NCBI GenBank assembly: GCA_964016885.1
Contig: OZ024755.1
Location: forward strand, 33,542,001 to 33,606,000
Direction of reading: 5' to 3'
Length of the DNA: 64,000 nucleotides
Source of the DNA: Eledone cirrhosa
Taxonomy: Eukaryota
Below the pieces are notes generated by a model. The model saw only the letters and a list, made by a program, of their open reading frames with translations, was not told the origin of the DNA and ran no database searches. Shown one piece after another: positions 50,170 to 61,310 of the stretch (position 1 is the stretch's first letter; each line of letters opens with the position of its first letter). A program made the position numbers and the translations under genes.

Positions 50170-50510
50170 TCATCATCATCATCATCATTTTACGTCCACT
50201 TTTCCCTGCTTGCAAGGGTGGGACGGGAACTGATTCTGGCTTGATTTCTACAGTTGGATGCCCTTCCTAACACCAACCTCATTTGCAGCGAGTGCTGGGT
50301 GCTTTTTTGCCGTGGCACCTCCACGACCACTTTGCAGTGGAATGATAGGGACCCCAGTCCCTATCATCTCATTTCTACAGCTGAGTAAACTGGAGCAATG
50401 TGACATAAAGTGTCTTGCTCAAGGAAACAACACATCACCCCGTCTGAGAATTGAACTCACAACCTTTCGATTGCAAGGCCAATGCTCTAACCACTAAGCC
50501 ATGTGCCTTC
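50170..50510 (-). mobile_element. CORE-type SINE family 2 with RTE-A tail
   Basis: Near-identical to 16431-16770. Confidence 0.8.
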
Positions 50511-50547
50511 ATATGTGTATATAAATATTTGTAAGTATTTATATATA

Positions 50548-51302
50548 TCATCATCATCATCTTTGTTTAACGTCCGTTTTCCACGCGAGCATGGGTTAGA
50601 CGGGAGTTGTCCCACTTGAGGCAAGGCTGGTCGGGTGACCATCTGGCAGGTTTTCTACGGCCGGATGTCCTTCCTAACACCAATCACATTTACAGTGTGG
50701 AACTGGGAACTTTTTACCGCGGTACCTACACGGCCACATTACAGCGTGGACTGTGTGTGTTTTTTTGTCGTGACACCTACACGAACTCGATCTCATTTTC
50801 TCGTGCTGTTGGTGGGAGTGGGAGGATAGGGTAGGGGTAGTAGATGGGGGTGTATATTTGGTTAAGAGGTGCCTACTGACTGTAGGTTTCGCTTTGTACA
50901 TAGGCAAGGCGGGTCTTCTGTATTACTGCGTAGCGCCAAAGGTCTCAGTCCAGAGACATTGTCTTAGAGAGATGTAAGTGTGTGAGGTCGGAATTTATCA
51001 GATCATCCCAGGTTTTTCTGGGTCTACCTACTCCGTAACTACCATCAATTTTGATCACCCTGCACTTTTTTATGCAGCTGTCATCTTTCATGCGCATCAC
51101 GTGACCATACCAACGTAGTCTTCTCTCAAGTAAACAGCATCTGATCCCTCTTATTCCTAATTTCTCACTTAGTTCATTTATGCTTTGCCGTTCACGTATA
51201 TTACTATTACACATCCAACACAGCATGCAAGCTTCGTTCCTTTCCAGTCTACACAGGTCCTCTGCACATAATGCCCATGTCTCACTGCTATGTAGCATTG
51301 CT
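50548..51302 (-). mobile_element. RTE LINE family B, truncated
   Basis: LHSSETWALCAEDL...WYGHVMRM...GRPRKTW, then 3' UTR and (ATG)n tail. Confidence 0.85.
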
Positions 51303-51393
51303 ATAAATATATATTTACATATGTGTATATATATATTTGTAAATATATATATATATATAAAGAAAAAAAAATTATCGCTCTACATGGATGAAT

Positions 51394-51590
51394 ACAACAA
51401 ATGCAATCTGAGCCCTCTGAATATCAATAACAACATTCGACCCGCTTGCAGCTATGCAAACAGCCTCCTTTTTAAAGCCATGTCAATAGAATAAACTCCT
51501 CATTCTTACTCCCGTGTTGGCTGTTTGCATAGCTGCAAGCGGGTCAAATGTTGTTGTTGATATTTGGAGGGCTCAGATTGCATTTGTTAT
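51394..51590. repeat. ~72-bp inverted repeat with ~53-bp spacer
   Basis: ACAAATGCAATCTGAGCCCTC...GCTATGCAAACAGCC versus GGCTGTTTGCATAGC...GAGGGCTCAGATTGCATTTGT. Confidence 0.85.
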
Positions 51591-51680
51591 ATATATATAT
51601 ATATATATATATAACTAACAACTATATATATATATTTTCATATATTTTCACTAGCTCTGACAGTTGGCAGGTAAGCATTA

Positions 51681-51726
51681 AACTGCACTGATGAAGGGTA
51701 ATCACCCAGAAACAGTGTCTGCAGTT
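51681..51726 (+). ncRNA. Minimal type I hammerhead ribozyme
   Basis: Stem I AACTGCA/TGCAGTT (7 bp); CTGATGA (51688-51694); stem II GGGT-AATC-ACCC; GAAAC (51709-51713); AGT loop; GUC triplet (51717-51719). Confidence 0.8.
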
Positions 51727-51856
51727 CTGTTTGCATGCCAATACAAGAGCAGGAATGAAGTGTTCATTCTACTGACATGGCGACAAAATTGAGGCTTGTT
51801 TGCATAATTGCAAACGAATTGAATACTATTATTAACATACAAAAAACTCAGATTAC

Positions 51857-51905
<49 letters not shown>

Positions 51906-52031
51906 TAGATAAATGTTTATCCCAGGTTCAATCGGGGGTAACCACAGTAAGTAAGGTACTCAATACATAGCAGAGTATAAATATCTAATATAGAAATGGC
52001 TTTAACAGGTCTAGAACTGTTTCATTCAGGA

Positions 52032-52081
52032 GGCTTCCTGATGATTTTTCCTGAATGAAACAGTTCTAGTCCTGTAGAGCC
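52032..52081 (+). ncRNA. Type I hammerhead ribozyme within an inverted PLE-like terminus
   Basis: GGCTTC-CTGATGA-TTTTTCCTGAAT-GAAACAG-TTCTAGTC-CTGTA-GAGCC; stem III CAG/CTG with a GUA triplet; weak stem II. Confidence 0.6.
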
Positions 52082-52254
52082 ATTTCTATATTAAATATAT
52101 ATATATTTTTCTTTTTCCCTATTCCAACGGCTTAATTTAAATGTATGGGATTTAAACCTTTCCGACACTAATTTGCATAATAGACCAATAATAAAATTAG
52201 TAACCCCACTATCCGGGAGCTTCCAACCGACATGGTTGCATTCTTTAAGGGTAT

Positions 52255-52385
52255 GTCAATATTTGTTTATAAAACTGATCTATATTATATTTTATCTGAT
52301 GAAAGCGCACCATAATTTGCTTTGGTGTCCTTGAAATATGTATAATGAAATAAATATGGTTTTATAAATATAGTTTCCATTTTTT
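52255..52385 (+). mobile_element. Penelope pseudo-LTR fragment (same family as 14475-14710) with hammerhead core
   Basis: TTTTATCTGATGAAAGCGCACCA...TGGTGTCCTTGAAATA...AAATATGGTTT matches 17445-17520. Confidence 0.6.
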
Positions 52386-52390
52386 TATAT

Positions 52391-52431
<41 letters not shown>

Positions 52432-52461
52432 ATCAATTTTAAAAGTTGTGTCTCTAATAAT

Positions 52462-52492
<31 letters not shown>

Positions 52493-52699
52493 TTGATTTT
52501 TTGTTCAGTATATTGTTTCCTTTTCTTTACTGCTTCTTCTTTATTTTTCTTTTGTTAATAAGTTTTAAAATATTTCAGAATTTGCAGAACTATGAAGCAT
52601 GCTAACCAAGTCGATATGGCATTCTAATTGAAACTAAAGCTTCTTTAGATTGAATTGATCATAGAAATTCTCTTTAACTGCACATATAGATCTTAGTGT

Positions 52700-53480
52700 G
52701 GCCGGTAGCTCTATATGGTTGTGAGTCATGGACTTTAAAGGCATCTGACTTGAAATGACTGTGGCCATTTGAAATGTCATGCTATAGGTGTGCACTTAGA
52801 ATTAGCTGGACAGCTCACAGAACAAATTAATCTGTCCTGGAAGAGATTGGTGCCAATTGACAGTTGGTTGAAACAGTAAAGAAGAGGTAACTTCAGTATT
52901 TTGGTCATGTCATCAGGGCCCAAAATTTCACTACCCACATCCTTGGGGGACGAATACAAGGGAAAAGGGCCAGGGGACGGCAGAAAAGGAGATGGAGAGA
53001 TGATATTAAGGAAGGGACAGGAGGGAGGAATACAGGAGAAAAGGGTCGGGGGACGGCAGAAAAGGAGATGGAGAGATGATATTAAGGAATGGACAGGAGG
53101 GAGGAATACAGGGGAAAAGGGTCGGGGGACGGCAGAAAAGGAGATGGAGAGATGATATGAAGGAATGGACAGGAGGGCGGAATACAGGAGAAAAGGGTCG
53201 GGGGACGGCAGAAAAGGAGATGGAGAGATGGTATTAAGGAATGGACAGGAGGGAGGAATACAGGGGAAAAGGGTCGGGGGACGGCAGAAAAGGAGATGGA
53301 GAGATGATATTAAGGAATGGACAGGAGGGAGGAATACAGGAGAAAAGGGCCGGGGGATGGCAGAAAAGAAAGGGACAGGAAGGAGTCTGGTGCAATGTAC
53401 AGCAATGGCAAGAGACAGGAAAAGATGAAGAGCGCTGGTCCATGAATCCATGAGCCCCGACTTTCAGATATAAGGATGGG
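52700..53480 (+). mobile_element. RTE (BovB-like) LINE 3' fragment with internal 76-bp tandem repeat
   Basis: LYGCESWTLK, AFEM, LRISW, YFGHVIR, GRQKRRWRDDIKEWTG. ACGGCAGAAAAGG recurs at 52977, 53053, 53129, 53205 and 53281. Confidence 0.85.
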
Positions 53481-54134
53481 ATGAGAAGGAAGGATAGACA
53501 TTGCTGTCTCATGGAGTAGATACAAATCTGTAGAAACACTATATCGATGATCTAGTACATGTATCATGAACTTTTCCAACAGTGTTTGCCTACATTGGTC
53601 ATAATCTTTTTTTAAAACTCCTTCACATGCCTCTGGGAATCATTCAGCAGTAGATTATCATATTTATATTTTACAAATATTTTATAGTGAAAAAGTACAA
53701 AATACTTGAAAGCATTCATAAAGAATTCTGCTTAGACATTCAATAACTCCTAAATTGTTTAAATGGGACAGCTCTAGGAATTACATGTTTTATTTATAAC
53801 AAATAATTAGTAAAAAAAAAAACTAAAATTAATGAATAAATAACAATGATAATGGATTTTTCAGGAAAGGGAAGAGTCTGTATACTTTATTTGTGTGTAA
53901 GTGATTTTTACTATTAACAAAAATATAACAGCAGAAATATTGTAATAAATGAAAGTATTTTAGAAAATATGTTTAAACAATTGTTAATGTGAATAGTTTC
54001 AAAAACACAACTAAAAAATAACTTATAAATCATATTGTACTTTGTTAGTAACACAAAAACAATTAATATCAATGTCTTTAAACAAGACAATGGAAAAATA
54101 TCATTATTTCTAAGTTATTTTGTATTTTAATAAT

Positions 54135-54862
54135 GGCTTCTAGTATAAGCACAAGGCCAGCAATTCAGGGACAGGGGAAAGTCGATTAAATCGACCTCAG
54201 TACGTTACTGGTGCTTTATTTTATCGAGCCTCTGTAAGGACGAAAGGCAAAGCTAACCTCTGTGGGATTTGAACTCAGAACGTAACGGGCCGTAACTCTA
54301 TGCTCGAAAGCAAGGCGTCTGACCCACTACCAATAATGCCAATCCAAAAATAATCATTTCTACTTTTGGCACAAAAGTAGAAACGATTCTGCCAAATGCA
54401 CTACCCTACTTTGTATCGTAATAATGGTTTCTAATATTGGCACAAGGCCAGGCACTTTAGAGGAAGCAGAGTATCAAAGTGCCCAGTATTTAACTGGTAC
54501 TTTATTTTATTCGCCCCAGAAGGATAAAAGGCAAGACTGACTTTAGCAGGATTCGAAATCAGAACGTCAAGGACAGTAACTAAATCCCAAGAGACATTTT
54601 GTCTCATACTCCCACAATTCTACCAATCCCCATCTATTGTATAATGTATGTATATCGACAGTCGATTGAACCGAGGAAACAATGTTTCCATTGGTCTTTC
54701 CAGTTGCTAATACTATGTATCGGCCACAACTCCGGGTAGAAGGAGCAATGTGAAATAAAGTGTCTTGCTCAAGGACATAATGCATCGCCCGGTCTGGGAA
54801 TCAAACTCACTACCTCACGATAGCGAATCTAATTCTCTAACCACTCAGCCACATGCCTTCAT
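54135..54862 (-). mobile_element. Cluster of degenerate SINEs (two family 1, one family 2)
   Basis: Family 1 cores near 54210 and 54495; CORE motif AAAGTGTCTTGCTCAAGG at 54757. Confidence 0.75.
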
Positions 54863-55061
54863 GTATGTATGGTCCCTTAACTCCTGATAGAATCAAAGTG
54901 ATGCTGTATTGACATACAGTGTTCTTGGCCATTTTAAGCCTGACTGACCCCATCCCTTTCCAGGCCTGAGTACACCAGATTTCTTCCAGAGAAAGATAGA
55001 AAATGAGAAAGAGACATAGAGGAAGAATAGACCCCCAGTACTAGACTGGTACTTTTTTATT

Positions 55062-55879
55062 GAAATGGCCATGTTCGATATGCAGAAAAGGAACTGGCAT
55101 AAATTCTATAAAATGCACACAATGTAGGTCCTGGGTACACAAGAGATGTAGCGGGATAGCAGGCAAACTAACAGGTAGGGAGAAATATGTATGCAGTAGA
55201 TGTACAGGGAAATTAGACAGTAGAAGTCGCACTGATAGACACATTTTTCAAATGCGAGAGGGCGCTATAGAAGTGGTGGATAGCTTCCGGTACCTAGGAG
55301 ATCAGATTAGCATGGGAGGAGGGTGTTCCGAGGCCATAGTATCTAGAATAAGGACGGGTTGGAAGAAGTTTAGGGAGCTGCTTCCTCTGTTGACGAAGAA
55401 GGGTTTCTCCCTGCGTACGAAAGGCCGGTTGTATGATGCCTGTGTGAGGAGCGCGATGCTGCATGGTAGTGAGACATGGGCAGCTACCGCAGAAGATATG
55501 CGACGGCTGGAGAGAAATGAGGCAAGCATGCTCCGTTGGATGTGCAGTGTAAATGTGCGTGAATGACCCAGCATGGATGTATTGAGAGAGAAACTGTGTC
55601 TGAGAGGGATAGAATGTAGTGTACGGGAGAGGAGACTGAGGTGGTATGGACATGTGATGCGCATGGAGGATGACCGATGGGTGAAGAAGTGCCAGGAAAT
55701 GCCAGTTGAAGGAAGACGTGGTAGAGGTAGACCACGAAAAACATGGGCGGAGGTGGTGAGAACAGACCTCAGATCATTGAAGCTCACGGTGGAGATGACG
55801 AGGGACCGTGACGAGTGGAGAGATGCTGTGCTGAATAAGACCCGTCCCACCCTTGCAAGCAGGGAAAAGCGGACGTAAA

Positions 55880-55916
<37 letters not shown>
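55062..55916 (+). mobile_element. RTE LINE family A, 5'-truncated, young
   Basis: Cys-rich segment, then FRYLGD, GWKKFRELLPLL, LHGSETW, WYGHV, GRGRPRKTW. One in-frame stop (55564); (ATG)n tail. Confidence 0.92.
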
Positions 55917-55917
<1 letters not shown>

Positions 55918-56109
55918 AGGCAAAGTTGACCTCAGAGAGAGAGCTGGAATGAATACCATAAAGCATTCTATCTGATGTGCTAACGACTTTGCTAATTCAC
56001 CTTTTTCTTCTGTATAATAGGGAACAATATAACAACTCATGGAAAGGAAAATAAACATTTTATTTGCAGTGAGTCATTTGCTGCTGCATCATTATTGAGG
56101 TATATTTTA

Positions 56110-57200
56110 TATCAGTTGTATATTTAGTGCAGCACTGGTGTCATTAGTACAGCTACACCTATAATTAGACATGACAAAGTTCATCACCGAAAACAGTGAT
56201 TCACAGAAATAATTTGGTGACAATACTGTTAATAATAACACTGCAAGATATTTCAGACATGCAAAAATTTGAGGAATGAAATTCCACAATTTCAGAACCT
56301 TGTTCCTAGCATTTCACTGTTTTATTCCTGACACTAGCCAGTCTCTTTCAATCTATTCTAATTCAGTTCTCAAATCTTCTAAATTTTGCCTCTAAACTCA
56401 GCTACTTTAAACACGAATAAGTTGCATCTTAACCCTTTAATGTTCAAACCGGCCACAATTCTCTACCTCTTTCTGATGAAACTGGCTGTAACTGGTCACT
56501 CAAGGTACTGTTTTCAAAATAAATACTTTCAAAATCTCATAGATCCGATACTATATGAGATAATTATGTGAGGTAAAGCCTTTACCATGAAAATATAATA
56601 GTATATATAGAGTAATGGTTAAATTTGTTTAAAATATTCCATTGCAACATTTTAAAGTCAATGTACACTGCCGGAATACTTAATGAATTGTGCAGTTTAG
56701 AAAATCTTTAAAAAGTTATTTTCTCAGTAGTCAACTCAATGATGCTTGATAATTGCTTCAGAATGCTTTGGATCTAATTTTCACATGGATTTCAAGATCG
56801 GAATGGGAATTTTTTAAGGATTGGAAAATATTAATATTGTCGTTATCTCATTGAAAAACTTTTAGTTTGATTTCAAAGACTTTTATGTTATCAAACATAA
56901 CATCAAATGTTTTGTCAGATCCTTGTAAATTATTGTTCAATTCATTTAAATGTAAAGAGGAATCTGCAAAAATATTTATAAATCCATCCAACATCAAATT
57001 TCTCATTCATCAAAAATAGAAATTTCATCCAAACACTTAACAAGAACAGAACCCCGACTAAGTCAATGGACATTGTTGTACATAATTACATCTTTGTAAA
57101 CTAATTTCATTTTGCTCAGAAAATTCTAAAATTGTCATTTTTTCAAAGCACAAACACACAGGAAATTAATGATGTTTTTGTTTTGTTCACTACAAGCAAG
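56110..57200 (-). pseudogene. hAT (Buster/Charlie, GTF2IRD2-like) transposase remnant
   Basis: Minus strand VH*LSRG (VRWLSRG motif), FADSSLHLNELNNNLQG, and dimerisation motif NYFCESLFSVMN. Many stops; interrupted by the TTAA MITE. Confidence 0.8.
56429..56622 (-). mobile_element. piggyBac-like MITE nested in the hAT remnant
   Basis: TTAACCCTTTAATGTTC ... GTAATGGTTAA; same interior as 10902-11117. Confidence 0.75.
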
Positions 57201-57229
57201 GCAACAAAGCCTGTAAAATGCAATGGGTT

Positions 57230-57400
57230 ACTGAGAAAGTAGAAGGATAAGACAGAGATAAGAGAATTCAAGGAAAGAGATGATCATTGATGTTGCTTCT
57301 GAATTTTTGCAAATTGTAGTGGTCAGGAATCAAGAAGCCAGCAAACAATTCCATAGATGGAATGTGCAAGGGAAGAAATTATCAGAATAGAATTTGCAAT
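57230..57400 (-). mobile_element. CR1/L2/Jockey-like LINE 3' end fragment
   Basis: Minus strand YSDNFFPCTFHLWNCL resembles the SFFPRT..LWN.LP motif. Confidence 0.45.
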
Positions 57401-57737
57401 TACATTTAACAACTTCAACTCTTAAATTGCTACAATTTAAATTACAGCTTTTGAACACAAAGCCTTCTTATGTGCAATACAAAAGCTTCCACTGGCAAGC
57501 CAGACTATTTTGTAAAGAAATCATCAAAATTTGCTTCGTTACTGGTCTACCTCACACATCAGTTGTCACTGAAACTACTTTTGAAAAAGGTCAACATGTT
57601 GATTACACAATTCCTTCACATCAGAAGTTCCCAACCTTTGTGCTCCATGTCCCACCTCAACATCTCAAACATTTTTATGCCGCACTTTAATATAAAAACA
57701 TTGATGACTATTACAAAGAGTAAACAAATTGGCATAT

Positions 57738-58870
57738 GGAGGAGGTGAGACAGGAGTTTCTGACAGTAACGTGTACCATATAGGTGGTGCCAGATGTACA
57801 ATAACATGTGGTGGTGGAGGGGAGATAGGAGTTTCTGACAGTAATGTGTACCATATAGGTGGTGTCAGATGTACAATAACGTGTGGTGGTGGAGGGGAGA
57901 TATGAGTTTCTGACAGTAATGTGTACCATATAGGTGGTGCCAGATGTACAATAACATGTGGTGGTGGAGGGGAGATAGGAGTTTCTGACAGTAATGTGTA
58001 CCATATAGGTGGTACCAGATGTACAATAACATATGGTGGTGGAGGGGAGATAGGAGTTTCTAACAGTAATGTGTACCATATAGGTGGTACCAGATGTACA
58101 ATAACATATGGAGGAGGGGAGATAGGAGTTTTTGACAGTAATGTGTACCATATAGGTGGTGCCAGATGTACAATAACATGTGGCGGGGGTGAGACAGGAG
58201 TTTCTGACAGTAATGTGTACCATATAGGTGGTGCCAGATGTACAATAACATATGGAGGAGGGGAGATAGGAGTTTTTGACAGTAATGTGTACCATATAGG
58301 TGGTGCCAGATGTACAATAACATGTGGAGGGGGTGAGACAGGAGTTTCTGACAGTAATGTGTACCATATAGGTGGTGCCAGATGTACAATAACATGTGGA
58401 GGAGGTGAGACAGGAGTTTCTGACAGTAATGTGTACCATATAGGTGGTGCCAGATGTACAATAACATGTGGTGGTGGAGGGGAGATAGGAGTTTCTGACA
58501 GTAATGTGTACCATATAGGTGGTACCAGATGTACAATAACATGTGGAGGGGGTGAGATAGGAGTTTCTGACAGTAATGTGTACCATATAGGTGGTACCAG
58601 ATGTACAATAACATGTCGAGGAGGTGAGACAGGAGTTTCTGACAGTAATGTGTACCATATAGGTGGTACCAGATGTACAATAACATGTCGAGGAGGTGAG
58701 ACAGGAGTTTCTGACAGTAACGTGTACCTTATAGGTGGTGCCAGATGTACAATAACATGTGGTGGAGGTGAGACAGGAGTTTCTGACAGTAATGTGTACC
58801 ATATAGGTGGTACCAGATGTACAATAACATGTGGTGGAGGAGACAGGAGTTTCTGACAGTAATGTGTACC
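57738..58870. repeat. 72/75-bp minisatellite, ~15.5 copies
   Basis: Unit GGAGGAGGTGAGACAGGAGTTTCTGACAGTAATGTGTACCATATAGGTGGTGCCAGATGTACAATAACATGT; length varies by one GGT. Confidence 0.95.
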
Positions 58871-59587
58871 AAAGTAGTCTTGGTGTAAAAGTAACAAGAT
58901 AAAACCTGAAGTGTGCTATCATTAACCCTTTAGCATTTAAACCAGTTTCAAATAAATGTAGTGTTGTTATTTGAAATAGATTTGTTTACGATGTTTTTGA
59001 TTTTTATTAATAAAACATATTTCATTTGTAAATATATATATATATTTTTCTTATATTTATATTTTTTTCCTCAGCTGTGATTGTCTGTTTTTTTCTTACT
59101 GCTTCCCCTCTCTCTGTATCTCTCACCTTCTTTTTACCTTTTACCCCCTCTGCCAGTCACACTATCTCTCGGCTGGCCTCTTCCTCACACTTCCACTCAC
59201 TCACTCTCTGCTTCTCGCCTTCTCTCACTTCCTCCTGTTTGACCTGTGTGAAATCCTTTTCTCGCTCACATCTCACCCAGGTCGGAAGGTCTGTATCTCT
59301 CGTCCATGAATTCACCAAGCTTAAGCTTAATAGATATCATGTACTTGTCTCTTTCTATCTTTCCGTTGCAATACCATCTTTGTTTGTTTACATGTCTCGC
59401 TCGCTTCACGCTATTTTACTCACCCCAATAACTTTATTTAGTTATTGCTCGCACCAACTAGAGGTATATGATTTTAAAGCGATGAAATACCAATGAAGGT
59501 TGGAAGATCACTGATGAAGGACTAATTTTATTCATATGTAACCCATGTGCAACCACGCAGCAATCCATTTTTCTTATTATATATAGA

Positions 59588-59665
59588 TGGAGGCACATGG
59601 CTTAGTGGTTAAAGCATTGGCCTTGCAATCGAAAGGTTCTGAGTTCAATTCTCAGACCGGGTGTT
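59588..59665 (+). mobile_element. SINE family 2 tRNA head
   Basis: GGCACATGGCTTAGTGGTTAAAGC...GAGTTCAATTCTC. Confidence 0.75.
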
Positions 59666-59755
59666 GAGTGCTCTAAATCAGTTATAAACATATATTTATA
59701 TTTGTCGGATTTCCAACAAATTAAATATCGCTTCTACTTATATATATATATATAT

Positions 59756-60107
59756 ATGGTTGTTACCCAGTATTCACGGGAGGTTATGTTCCTGGAGCAC
59801 CCGCAAAGAGTGCAAAACCCCGAATATTGGACCTGGTCCATAAAAATGCCTATAAATGTCAAAATATAATTAATGTAAAATATAATTTTAAAAAAAGAGG
59901 GAGAGTCTTATGCGAAGGGGCATCCAATAGGTCGGCAAATACAGTATATTGTTAATAATTAGCATTTAAAAAATCCATTAAAATATCGTGGAGGATGTTA
60001 TATTGACGATTCCGCGAATATCCGGTGGTTTCTACGAACAATTATTAGCTATATTCTAAGGAAAATTCTGCGAATAACGGAGACCGCGAATGCTGGGGTT
60101 ACATTGT
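59756..60107. mobile_element. Degenerate pogo/Tigger-like MITE
   Basis: Left end ACCCAGTATTCACGGG...GTTCC; right end CCGCGAATGCTGGGGTTACATTGT; internal CGCGAATA motifs. Confidence 0.55.
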
Positions 60108-61084
60108 GTGCGTGTGTGTATGTGTATGTATATAATAATAATAATGAAATTATAGTGTAAAGTGCTCAGGTGCACTACAACTCGTCAAAGGTGCATGTAT
60201 AGTACATAGAATAATTGTTTCTACTATTGGCACAAGGCCAGAAATGACCCAGTACATTACTGGTACTTTATTTTATCGACCCCGTAAGGATGAAAGGCAA
60301 AGTTAACCTCGGCGGGATTAACCTATCCAGTGCACTATGCCACTATCAAATTCCATTATTCACTTAGTAAATTTCAACTAATTAAATATCCAAATACCGG
60401 CACTTGATCGACTGCTTCAGTTTCGTTCCAGTTGCTGTCGAAGCCACTGGTCTCATCGACCTATAACTGCCGTTTTCCTTCACAAAATATGGAGAGTGTA
60501 TCCCGTCTGAGGGAAGAACACCGTCAGCTGAAGTGGCTAAATGTAGCAAACATCGTTGATTGCCCTTCAGTGCAATGCCTTCCCACAGGGGCCTCGTTTG
60601 CTTTAAAAATGTGAGGGGGACAAACCAACATTTGTTGATTCTTAAAGGGGCATGTTAGTAATGCGAATGGTGTCTTTCCCGGACCCTATCACATTTAGAC
60701 TAATTAAATTTTATATATTCAAATGAAGTCCGGATATAAAAAAAACAATAAGCTTAAAAAGAGTTTATTATATCAAATAAACAAACAATAAAACAGACGT
60801 GTGAAAAAGTGCGTGGGGGGGGGGGAGCTGGTACCCCGCTGAAACAAGGTCCTTGCCTTCACCATTTTCACCGTGAGGCACAGCTGAGATGTAACACCCA
60901 CTCACCGCTTTCCTTTAATTTCATTATTTAAGAAAATCCCGTCGAGGTTAACTTTGCCTTTCATCCTTACGGGATCGATAAAATAAAGTACCAGTAATAC
61001 ACTGGATAATTTGCTGGCCTTGTGCCTAAAGTAGAAACAATTATTTAATTTTTTCTTATCTTTTTTTTTATTGTAAATATTATA

Positions 61085-61310
61085 TAATTTATTTGTCTTC
61101 TTCTTCACCCACTTATTCCTACGAGGGTCGTGGGGGTAGAGTCCTCGGGCACTCCTTCCAGCGAGTTTTCTCAGAAGCAACCGTCTCTAACTAGTCTGGC
61201 TGGATCCCGAGAGAAACCAAACAAGCTCATGGATGTTATCCAATCCTCTTGCTCGTGTTCTAACCCTAAGTCTCCTGTCGGTTGGTTTTGTCCGTAATAT
61301 CTATCCAGCG
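61085..61310 (-). mobile_element. RTE (Rex3/Expander-like) 3' fragment
   Basis: Minus strand KPTDRRLRVRTRARGLDNIHELVW resembles PTGRRPRGRPRTRW.DYI..LAW; (GAA)n tail. Confidence 0.55.

Noticed and set aside
59505-59560. Hammerhead at CTGATGAAGG
   Set aside because: No downstream GAAA box or closing stems.
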